Below, in pieces: positions 1-7,798 of a stretch of 64,000 nt of DNA; within the stretch, counting starts at the first letter, position 1, and each line of letters opens with the position of its first letter. The stretch spans positions 23,746-87,745 of the forward strand of contig JAGTRI010000002.1 in assembly GCA_018397065.1 (NCBI GenBank). The letters are read 5' to 3'. The notes under the pieces were generated by a model, which was given only the letters and a program-made list of their open reading frames with translations, was not told the DNA's origin and did no database searches. The position numbers and the translations under genes are program-made. The stretch is from Candidatus Bathyarchaeota archaeon. Its GTDB lineage: Archaea > Thermoproteota > Bathyarchaeia > Bathyarchaeales > DTEX01.

Positions 1-863
1 CGCAACCTCAAACCCGCGAGCACCTTGCAGCCATCGAAATAGTTGGGATAAACAGAATTGTAATTGCCCAAAACAAGGTTGACTTGGTTGACAGATCCCG
101 CGCCTTGAAGAGCTACCAAGAAATCAAGGCCTTCACGAAGGGAACAATTGCTGAAAAAGCACCCATAGTTCCAATTTCCGCCCAGAACCGTGTCAACATC
201 GACATTCTTCTCTACATGCTTGAGCAGCATATTCCAACGCCGATTCGAGACCCTGCGAAGCCGCCGCGATTGCATGTTGTCAGGTCCTTCGACGTGAACA
301 AGCCTGGAACCCCGATTGACAACCTTGTTGGAGGCGTAATAGGAGGCTCGATTTTTCAAGGCGTCTTCAAAGTAGGCGACGAAATCGAGATTCGCCCAGG
401 CATCACGAAACCGCAGGTAGGCTCCTACGAGCCGCTTTTCACAGAGATCGTTAGCCTTCACACTGGAGGTCGACAGGTAAAAGAGGCGTACTGTGGTGGC
501 CTGGTTGGGGTGGGAACTCTTCTCGACCCTTCGTTAACTAAGGCTGACGGGCTGATTGGAAACATTGTTGGAAGACCTGGGACTCTTCCTCCAACGCGAC
601 TTGAGATGTCCCTTGAATTTCACCTTTTCGAAAGGGCTGTGGGAACTAAGGAAATGCTTAAGGTTGAAGGAATCAATGTGGGTGAGGTTCTCCTGTTGGA
701 TGTTGGGACTGCCCCAACCGTTGGCAAGGTGGTCAGCAAGAAAAAGGACGTGGCTGAGATGCAGCTTACTAGGCCGGTTTGCGCGGAAGACAACGCCCGC
801 GTTGCAGTCAGCCGAAAGATTGGGGGTAGGTGGCGGCTGATTGGCTTCGGAATTATTAAATAG
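1..863 (+). CDS. eif2g: translation initiation factor aIF-2 gamma subunit, C-terminal part (5' end outside window)
   Basis: Frame 3 is open from nt 3: QPQTREHLAAIEIVGINRIVIAQNKVDLVD (NKxD GTPase box), then domain II/III motifs VRSFDVNKPGT, GGVIGGS, RWRLIGFG. Confidence 0.93.
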   Translation, partial: QPQTREHLAAIEIVGINRIVIAQNKVDLVDRSRALKSYQEIKAFTKGTIAEKAPIVPISAQNRVNIDILLYMLEQHIPTPIRDPAKPPRLHVVRSFDVNKPGTPIDNLVGGVIGGSIFQGVFKVGDEIEIRPGITKPQVGSYEPLFTEIVSLHTGGRQVKEAYCGGLVGVGTLLDPSLTKADGLIGNIVGRPGTLPPTRLEMSLEFHLFERAVGTKEMLKVEGINVGEVLLLDVGTAPTVGKVVSKKKDVAEMQLTRPVCAEDNARVAVSRKIGGRWRLIGFGIIK

Positions 864-912
864 TTTATGCGTCATCATTTTTGATTCGAGAACTCAAGTT
901 TGAGAGGAGTCT

Positions 913-2019
913 ATGTTGAACCACAGGGAACGTTTTCTCAGAACCTACGAGTTTAAAGAGGTTGACAGGGTTCCTGATTACGAGTTTGGTTTTTGGACTG
1001 AAACGATTGACAGGTGGCACAGAGAGGGGCTTCCAATGGAAAAGCGGGACATGCGTGACATCGAATTGTACTTGAAGCTCGAAGGCTGGGACTGCCTGGA
1101 GATGGTGCCTGTTCGAACCACGTTTTGGCCACCTCTGCCTGGAAGAATAATCAAGGAGGAAGGAAACCGAGTTGTTGTGGACGACGGGATGGGGGGCATC
1201 TACGTGGGCACAGTTGGATCCTCCTCGATTCCACATTACCTACGCTACCCACTGAAAAACAGGGACGACTGGGAAAAACTGAGGCCCTTTTTTGACCCTG
1301 ACACTCCTGGGCGTTTTCCGCTGAACTGGGACGAGGTTGCTGAGAGCTACAGGGACCGCGATTATCCGCTTGGCATGTTCATCGGCAGCCTTTACGGCTG
1401 GTTGAGAAACTTTATGGGCGTTGAGAGGATTTCGATTGCGTTTTACCGTGAGCCCGAGTGGATTGCTGAGATGATGGATACGCTTGTGGATCTGTGGATT
1501 ACGCTGATTCACAGGACCCTGCGAAAGGTTAAGGTGGACTTTGCAACGTGGTGGGAGGACATGTGTTACAGTAAGGGTCCGCTTTTATCTGTTCGCCACT
1601 TCGAGGAGTTTATGGTTCCCAGATACAAGAGAGTTACAGATGTCCTTAAAGAGTACGGCGTAACCCTTAACGTGCTTGACTGCGACGGCGACATCACGCT
1701 TCTTGTTCCAGGCTGGCTGAAAGCTGGAATAAACTGCATGTTTCCCGTTGAAGCCCGATTTACGGACATGTACAAGATTCGTGAGCAGTTTGGCCGTCGC
1801 GTGCTGTTCCTTGGAAATGTTGACAAGCTCGCTTTGATAGCTGGGGAAAAGGCGATTGACAAGGAGCTTAAACGGCTGGCTCCCATGCTTGAGGACGGTG
1901 GATTTATTCCGCTGGTTGACCACAGGTGTCCGCCTGAGGTTTCCTACGCCACATACAAGTATTACCTCAAGAAGAAAAGAGAACTGATTGGCAGAACCGA
2001 TGTAGAGCTGCCTGACTGA
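913..2019 (+). CDS. uroporphyrinogen decarboxylase (URO-D) family protein, MtaA/CmuA-like
   Basis: 368-aa ORF. C-terminal half (DCDGDITLLVPGWLKAGINCMFPVE, GGFIPLVDHRCPPEVSY) resembles URO-D-fold TIM barrels. A paralog lies at 49509-50468. Confidence 0.7.
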   Translation: MLNHRERFLRTYEFKEVDRVPDYEFGFWTETIDRWHREGLPMEKRDMRDIELYLKLEGWDCLEMVPVRTTFWPPLPGRIIKEEGNRVVVDDGMGGIYVGTVGSSSIPHYLRYPLKNRDDWEKLRPFFDPDTPGRFPLNWDEVAESYRDRDYPLGMFIGSLYGWLRNFMGVERISIAFYREPEWIAEMMDTLVDLWITLIHRTLRKVKVDFATWWEDMCYSKGPLLSVRHFEEFMVPRYKRVTDVLKEYGVTLNVLDCDGDITLLVPGWLKAGINCMFPVEARFTDMYKIREQFGRRVLFLGNVDKLALIAGEKAIDKELKRLAPMLEDGGFIPLVDHRCPPEVSYATYKYYLKKKRELIGRTDVELPD

Positions 2020-2116
2020 GCTTTTGTTGATGCCCATTCGTCAATTTTTTACGTAAGGACAATGTTAAATGGAATGAAAAGAACATAAAGGTAAAAGCGT
2101 AATTTAGGTTTGGTTC

Positions 2117-3055
2117 ATGAACAAAATTAAGGTCAAAGCGCCGTGTAGCTCAGCTAACCTCGGCTCAGGCTTCGACGTTTTCGGCCTAGCGTTAGAGGCG
2201 TTCCACGACACCTTAACAGCAGAGATAGTCGACGCAGACATAGGCATAACCGTCGAGTACAAGGGACTTGGAGCTGAAGGAATCCCAACCGCCCTCGAAA
2301 GGAACACAGCAGGGCTTGTCGCCAAGACTCTTGTCGCGAACCGACATGTGGCCATAAAGATTCTTGTGGAAAAGGGCATACCCTTGAAGATGGGGCTTGG
2401 AAGCAGCGGAGCCACGGCGGCGGCGTGCGCTGTTGCGTTGAACGAGCTGCTCGGTCTTGGGCTGTCTAAAAACGAGGTTGTTAAGGCAGCAGCAATGGGT
2501 GAGGTGGCAGCTGCAGGAGCAAGTCACGCTGACAATGTGGCAGCCTCTGTTCTAGGCGGGTTCACAATTGTTCAAAGCTGGGGCGACGAGCTGTATGTAG
2601 CCCGTTTGGATCCTCCGCGTAACTTGGAGGTTGCCTTAGCTTTGCCTCTTATTGAGACCCCTGAAAACAAGACTGCTAAGGCGAGGGCCGTTCTTCCAAG
2701 GTCCGTAGGTTTTACGGATGCTGTGGCTAACGCTCGTAACGCTGCTTCGGTTGTCGCAGGGTTTCACTTGGGCGACGTAGAGATGATTGGTCGAGGCATG
2801 ACTGACCTGATTGTTGAGCCAGCTAGAAAGCAGCTTATCCCAGGCTTTGACTCGGTGAAAAAAGCCGCGTTTAATGCTGGTGCTGCGGGAGTAGCCATCA
2901 GCGGAGCAGGCCCAGCGGTCATAGCCGTTGTGGACTCTGCGAAGAAGTCGACTGCAAATGTGGCCTCAGCGATGAAGGAGGCTTTCGAAACAGAAGGCGT
3001 AAAGTGCCAAGCGCGATGTACAAAGCCTTCTTTGACAGGTGTGGTTAAAGCATAG
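2117..3055 (+). CDS. thrB: homoserine kinase (GHMP kinase family)
   Basis: KVKAPCSSANLGSGFDVFGLAL N-terminus and GHMP motif PLKMGLGSSGATAAACAVAL. Confidence 0.9.
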   Translation: MNKIKVKAPCSSANLGSGFDVFGLALEAFHDTLTAEIVDADIGITVEYKGLGAEGIPTALERNTAGLVAKTLVANRHVAIKILVEKGIPLKMGLGSSGATAAACAVALNELLGLGLSKNEVVKAAAMGEVAAAGASHADNVAASVLGGFTIVQSWGDELYVARLDPPRNLEVALALPLIETPENKTAKARAVLPRSVGFTDAVANARNAASVVAGFHLGDVEMIGRGMTDLIVEPARKQLIPGFDSVKKAAFNAGAAGVAISGAGPAVIAVVDSAKKSTANVASAMKEAFETEGVKCQARCTKPSLTGVVKA

Positions 3056-3057
3056 TT

Positions 3058-4086
3058 TTGAGGCATGGAGGTTTGTTGTTGACTATTCGTAAGCCGATTG
3101 TTGCTGTGACGATGGGTGACCCTGCGGGTGTCGGTCCAGAGATTTCTGTTAAGGCGCTTTTAAAGCCAACGATCCAAAGCGTTTGTACGCCTGTTTTGAT
3201 CGGGGACTTAGGTGTTCTTCAGAGAACTTCTCAGCAGTTGAATCTTACGGCGAAATTTAATGTTGTGGTTGATCCTTCAAGGGCTGTTGGCAAGCCTGGA
3301 GTGATCGATGCTGTTGATTTGAAAAATGTTGATCTGCGTTCCTTTGAGATTGGGAGGGTTTCAGCTGAGGCTGGTAGGGCGGCGATCGAATACATCAGAA
3401 AGGCGACCGATTTTGCCCTCTACGGTCGGGTTGACGCGGTTGCCACTGGTCCGATTAACAAGCAAGCTGTGAATTTGGCTGGGTGTCCGTACATTGGGCA
3501 CACTGAGATGTTGGCGGCGTTTTGCGGTGTAGCTGATCCTTTGACTATGTTTTGGGTTCGGGGCGCAAGGATCTTCTTTTTGACGAGGCATCTGCCGTTG
3601 ACTGAGGCTATTCGGGCGGTTAAGAAGGAGCGGATTGTTGAAGCCGTTGTCCGCATTGTGGCTGAGCTCGAGAAGGTTGGTTTAAAGCAGCCTTTGGTTG
3701 CAGTTGCGGCTTTGAATCCTCACGCGAGCGACGAAGGTCTTGTAGGCAGCGAAGAGGCTCAGGAGATTGTTCCAGCTGTTGAGGAGTTGAAGGTTAGAGG
3801 CCTAAATGTGGTTGGTCCTGTTCCTGCTGACACTGTGTTTGTCAAGGCTTTAGAGGGTCGTTACGACGCGGTTTTGTCTCTGTATCACGATCAAGGGCAT
3901 ATCGCTGCGAAGACTGTTGACTTTTACGGCACGGTCAGCGTGACTTTTGGGCTTCCTTTTCTCCGTACCTCTGTGGATCACGGTACCGCCTACGACATTG
4001 CAGGTAAGGGCGTGGCTGACTCTCGAAGTTTGGAGGAGGCTGTTAAGCTCGCAGCGGTGATGGTTGCTGGAAGACGCGGGGCTTGA
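3058..4086 (+). CDS. PdxA-family NAD-dependent 4-hydroxythreonine-4-phosphate (or 4-phospho-acid-sugar) dehydrogenase
   Basis: PIVAVTMGDPAGVGPEI, GHTEMLA, NPHASDEG, YHDQGHIAAK, SVDHGTAYDIAGKG are PdxA-family motifs. TTG start lies 3 nt after the thrB stop. Confidence 0.85.
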   Translation: MRHGGLLLTIRKPIVAVTMGDPAGVGPEISVKALLKPTIQSVCTPVLIGDLGVLQRTSQQLNLTAKFNVVVDPSRAVGKPGVIDAVDLKNVDLRSFEIGRVSAEAGRAAIEYIRKATDFALYGRVDAVATGPINKQAVNLAGCPYIGHTEMLAAFCGVADPLTMFWVRGARIFFLTRHLPLTEAIRAVKKERIVEAVVRIVAELEKVGLKQPLVAVAALNPHASDEGLVGSEEAQEIVPAVEELKVRGLNVVGPVPADTVFVKALEGRYDAVLSLYHDQGHIAAKTVDFYGTVSVTFGLPFLRTSVDHGTAYDIAGKGVADSRSLEEAVKLAAVMVAGRRGA

Positions 4087-4487
4087 AATTGGTTAAGGTT
4101 ATTCTTGACTCGAACTTTCTTTTTGTTCCGTTTCAGTTCAAAATCGACATTTTCTCGGAGCTTGAAAGACTTCTTGGAAAAGTGGAGCCCATTGTCTTAT
4201 CAACAACAATTGCGGAACTAGAAGATCTTGCAAGAAAAGGCTCTTCAAAGATGGCTAAGCAGGCCTTGGCTGCCCTTGAGCTGGCTAGAAAATGCTCAGA
4301 GTGGTATGTTGAGACGTTTCTTAAAGAGAGCTGCGACGACATTATCCTGAGATTTGCTGAATTGGAAGGATGCATAGTTGCCACGAACGACGCTGTTCTC
4401 AGAAGAAGGCTTAGAAAAGCCAAGATTCCCGTTGTCTACGTCCGACAAAGATCTCATCTAGAAATTGACGGCCAAGTTCCTCGATAG
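4083..4487 (+). CDS. PIN-domain protein, Fcf1/Utp24-like
   Basis: VILDSNFLFVPFQFKIDIF and IVATNDAVLRRRLRKAKIPVVYVRQ match archaeal Fcf1-like PIN proteins. TTGA start/stop overlap with the pdxA-like gene. Confidence 0.72.
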   Translation: MKLVKVILDSNFLFVPFQFKIDIFSELERLLGKVEPIVLSTTIAELEDLARKGSSKMAKQALAALELARKCSEWYVETFLKESCDDIILRFAELEGCIVATNDAVLRRRLRKAKIPVVYVRQRSHLEIDGQVPR

Positions 4488-4577
4488 GCTATTAACCGCG
4501 TCGTCTAGTTTCGTTCTAGGAGTCTTTGGGAAACAACTAAATCTGTCCTTGCGCATTGTTTTTTAGGTAGCTGGCAG

Positions 4578-5696
4578 ATGGGTAGATGCAAAGTCTGCGG
4601 CGAAGAGGGCTCCAAGATTTCCAGCGGCTTAGGCGCATGCTTAAGGTGCATAAGAGAAAAACCTGAAAAGGCTCTTAACGTAACAAGCGCCAAGCACGCT
4701 GAAAGCAGAAGCCTTTTTGGATTGCCCGCTGAGCCTCCTAAGGCGTCAGACGGAATACTGTGCGGTTTATGCCCGAACAACTGCAGAATTGGACGTGGCG
4801 GCAAAGGGTTCTGCGGCTTGGTTTTCAACGTTGACGGTCAACTGCGTAGAGTTGTAGGAACGCCCGAAGGCGGAGTGCTTGAATGGTACTACGATGGTCT
4901 TCCAACCAACTGCGTGGCATGGTGGTTCTGCCCAGGCTGCACAGGCTCAGGTTTTCCGAAATATGCCTATATGCCCTCTGCCGAGCTAGGCTACGTGAAC
5001 TTGGCTGTTTTTTACGGCGCCTGCAGCCTCGACTGCCTTTTCTGTCAAAACTGGCATTACAGGCGTCTCTCTCAAAGCCTCAAGCCCGTTCTGAGCGCAG
5101 AGGAGCTAGCCAGCAAGGTTAAGCCGAACGTCTCGTGCATATGCTTTTTCGGCGGCGACCCTTCAGTTCAGATGCCTCACGCCCTGAAAACAAGTGAGCT
5201 AGGCTTGGAAAAGGCGGCTGAGACTAAGCGGATTTTGAGGATCTGCTGGGAGACAAACGGTCACATGCGTGAAGACTACGCCTTGAAGGCTGCTGAGCTA
5301 TCTTTCGTCAGCGGAGGCGTGGTTAAGTTCGACTTGAAAGCCTTTGACAACAACCTTTACAGGGCTCTTTGCGGATCCTCAAACAAGACTTGCCTCGAAA
5401 ACTTCAGAACCATCGGCGAAAAATGGTTCAACAGGCGCCCAGAGGTGCCGGTGTTGACCGCAAGCACGCTGCTAGTTCCAGGCTACGTAGACGTGGAGGA
5501 GGTAGAAAACATCTCAAAGTTCATCGCAAGCGTAGACCCAAACATCCCGTACACGTTGCTAGCCTACTACCCACAGTACATGATGAAGGACCTGCCGACA
5601 ACATGCCGAAAACAAGCCCAAGAAACACTGAAAGCAGCCAAAAAACACCTAAAAAACGTCAACATAGGAAACATCAACCTACTTCAAAACATTTAA
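4578..5696 (+). CDS. radical SAM protein (PflA/AmrS-like activase fold) with N-terminal Cys4 zinc ribbon
   Basis: CSLDCLFCQNWHY is a CxxxCxxC radical SAM cluster motif. N-terminus has CKVCGEEG..CLRC, then CGLCPNNCRIGRGGKGFCG. Confidence 0.85.
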   Translation: MGRCKVCGEEGSKISSGLGACLRCIREKPEKALNVTSAKHAESRSLFGLPAEPPKASDGILCGLCPNNCRIGRGGKGFCGLVFNVDGQLRRVVGTPEGGVLEWYYDGLPTNCVAWWFCPGCTGSGFPKYAYMPSAELGYVNLAVFYGACSLDCLFCQNWHYRRLSQSLKPVLSAEELASKVKPNVSCICFFGGDPSVQMPHALKTSELGLEKAAETKRILRICWETNGHMREDYALKAAELSFVSGGVVKFDLKAFDNNLYRALCGSSNKTCLENFRTIGEKWFNRRPEVPVLTASTLLVPGYVDVEEVENISKFIASVDPNIPYTLLAYYPQYMMKDLPTTCRKQAQETLKAAKKHLKNVNIGNINLLQNI

Positions 5697-5814
5697 AAAA
5701 TAAGATTTCGTAAACCCCTAATGCTTTTGGGAAGTTCCAGTTTTAACTACGAAATCCTCAACTTTTCTTACAATACCGAATTGAAAGTTCATCTATGAAG
5801 ATATTTCTGTTGAA

Positions 5815-5860
5815 TCCACATTTCCACATCGATTCCACAGAGCCTATATAAAGAAAAAAA
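5815..5860 (+). repeat. copy A of conserved TCCACA-repeat/TATA element (27-nt identical core at 5833-5859)
   Basis: TCCACA at 5815, 5823 and 5834, followed by GAGCCTATATAAAGAAAAAAA. Confidence 0.9.
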
Positions 5861-5903
5861 TTTTAGCACGTGCGGAGCTGAGGAAAAATGGCGGATGAGG
5901 CTG

Positions 5904-7199
5904 TTATTTGTTGATTATTATTGTGTCCTTTCTTTCCGGTCCAACCGAGATGACTGTTATGGGCAAGCCTACGTGGTCTTCTATTCTTTCAAGGTAAGCC
6001 CTCGCCTGCCTCGGCAACCCGCTGTAGCCTTCCTTGACGGCTCTTTGCCAGTTGACTTTTTCAGGCCAGCCTTCCATCTCCTCGTAGACGGGCTTGCACT
6101 TAGCGAAAAGGCTTAAGCTCGCCGGGACGGAATCCAGCCTTCTGCCGTCAGCCTCGTAGCCTACGCAAATCTTTAACGGGTTGATGCCGCTTAAGACGTC
6201 GAGCTTCGTTACAACGAGCTTCGAAACCCCGCTTATCCTGACAGAGTATTTCACGGGAACAAGGTCCAGCCAACCGCATCTCCTTGGCCTACCTGTCGCC
6301 GTGCCAAACTCGTGTCCAACGCTTCTAATCCTCTCGCCAACAGCGTCAGTGAGCTCAGTTGGAACAGGGCCTGCGCCAACCCTCGAAGTGTAAGCCTTCA
6401 CAACGCCGAGAACCTCGTCAATCCTAGTTGGTCCAACACCTGCGCCCGTGCATGCGCCGCCCGCAACTGTGCTACTCGACGAACCATATGGGTAAAGCCC
6501 ATGGTCCAAGTCAAGCAGTGTTCCCTGAGCCCCCTCGAAAAGAACGGTTTCGCCTCTGTCTAAGGCCTCGTTAACCTCAGCTGAAACGTCACAAATATAA
6601 CCCGAAATGGATTCGCCGAAACCTAAAGCTTGCTGCAGAATTTGCTTCTTGTCGAGAACTTGGTCTCCGCCATAAACGTCTCTTATGAGTCTCTGAGCCA
6701 AGTCAACAAGCAAGTTCAGCTTCCACTCCAACACGTCTCTGTCTAAGAGATCCGCAACCCGAACTCCGAACCTCGCAGCCTTATCCGAATAGACAGGTCC
6801 AATACCCATCATCGTGGTGCCCGCTCGAAGATTGCCTTTGAACCGCTCCTGAAGCCCATCGATGACCTTGTGAAAACCGAAAACAACGTGAGCTCGGTCG
6901 CTTATGCGTAGGTCAGGCTTGAAGCCTTCTTTTTTTAGGGAATTCAGTTCTTGAATTAGGATTTCAGGGTCAACAACGACGCCGTTGCCGATGTAAAGCC
7001 TCTTGTGGTGCAAAACGCCTGAAGGCACAAGCCGAAGCTTGTAAACTTTTCCGTCGACAATAACGGTGTGGCCGGCGTTTGCTCCGCCGTTAAACCTAAC
7101 TACGCAGTCAGCGTTCTCGGCGAGGAAGTCCGTAACCTTACCTTTAGCTTCGTCGCCCCACTGGGTTCCAACAACAACGATTCCAGGCAACTCATCCAC
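5904..7199 (-). CDS. purA: adenylosuccinate synthase
   Basis: VVVGTQWGDEAKGKVTD, NGGANAGHTV and GTTMMGIGPVYSDK are PurA signatures. Confidence 0.97.
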   Translation of the reverse strand: MDELPGIVVVGTQWGDEAKGKVTDFLAENADCVVRFNGGANAGHTVIVDGKVYKLRLVPSGVLHHKRLYIGNGVVVDPEILIQELNSLKKEGFKPDLRISDRAHVVFGFHKVIDGLQERFKGNLRAGTTMMGIGPVYSDKAARFGVRVADLLDRDVLEWKLNLLVDLAQRLIRDVYGGDQVLDKKQILQQALGFGESISGYICDVSAEVNEALDRGETVLFEGAQGTLLDLDHGLYPYGSSSSTVAGGACTGAGVGPTRIDEVLGVVKAYTSRVGAGPVPTELTDAVGERIRSVGHEFGTATGRPRRCGWLDLVPVKYSVRISGVSKLVVTKLDVLSGINPLKICVGYEADGRRLDSVPASLSLFAKCKPVYEEMEGWPEKVNWQRAVKEGYSGLPRQARAYLERIEDHVGLPITVISVGPERKDTIIINK

Positions 7200-7229
7200 C
7201 TACTAAACAATTTGGAAAACGCATAAAAT

Positions 7230-7248
7230 CTATTTAAGCCCTCCCTAG
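7230..7248 (-). promoter_or_regulatory. probable purA promoter: G-rich box + TATA
   Basis: Minus strand reads CCTAGGGAGGGCTTAAATAG, about 30 nt upstream of the purA ATG. Confidence 0.5.
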
Positions 7249-7288
7249 GTTGTGCATGAAAAACAGGAAATCCGAAAGGCTGGAACTT

Positions 7289-7798
7289 CTAGATGGTGCT
7301 TTCTAGCTCTCTTCTGCTCTTGCTGTCAAGATTGTATATGTCGTCAATCTCGTAAACGTTATCATCAACATCCGTCACGATAACCCTGTTCCCCATGGGA
7401 ATAATGCTCATTCGCCCTCGTGTTCTGAAAGACTTTGGACCCTTGTCAGTCTCAGTTTCCCACTTGAACTCGTCGCCGCTTGTCTCAATTTTGCGAATCG
7501 CAGTGATCCTTGGAATAAAGTACATCTTATCCAGCATGATCTGCAGGTTCTTCCTAGATTCCTCATCAAGTTCATTATAATTTCGGATGACACAAACATC
7601 CACGCCGTAACTGTCCCTTAAAATTATGTATTCAGGAGATGTGATCGGAAAAGGCTTCGCTGGAACCAAGCTGCACAAAACTTTCCCGTCAACGTTCAAC
7701 TTTAAACTGTTCTCCTTCTCCTCGAAGACAACCTTCACCTTCTTCGGATCAAGAACGTTAAGTTGGCTTAGAAAATCGGCAAGCGGCAACCCCCTCAC
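7289..7798 (-). CDS. DUF1854-like protein, partner of the upstream ABC exporter
   Basis: 169-aa ORF overlapping the ABC exporter stop by 4 nt. Family assignment is from memory of ABC+DUF1854 gene pairs. Confidence 0.55.
   Translation of the reverse strand: MRGLPLADFLSQLNVLDPKKVKVVFEEKENSLKLNVDGKVLCSLVPAKPFPITSPEYIILRDSYGVDVCVIRNYNELDEESRKNLQIMLDKMYFIPRITAIRKIETSGDEFKWETETDKGPKSFRTRGRMSIIPMGNRVIVTDVDDNVYEIDDIYNLDSKSRRELESTI

Noticed and set aside
1585-2037. Long antisense or alternative-frame ORFs inside well-supported genes. Examples: 534-878, 1585-2037, 2104-2415, 14608-15057, 54493-54912, 57469-57936 and 63054-63443.
   Set aside because: Each lies entirely within a gene that has clear family motifs on the other strand or frame. 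Their translations are low-complexity (Ser/Pro/Arg-rich) with no recognisable domains. They are shadow ORFs.
5369-5713. Arg/Lys-rich 114-aa alternative frame at the 3' end of the radical SAM gene. A similar one lies at 50228-50443.
   Set aside because: It is a by-product of A/C-rich coding sequence read in another frame. It has no start context and no fold-like pattern.
5733-5787. GTTCCAG...ATTGAAAG stretch reminiscent of archaeal CRISPR repeat termini.
   Set aside because: It occurs only once and has no spaced repeats anywhere in the window, so it is not a CRISPR array. The resemblance is limited to short terminal motifs.
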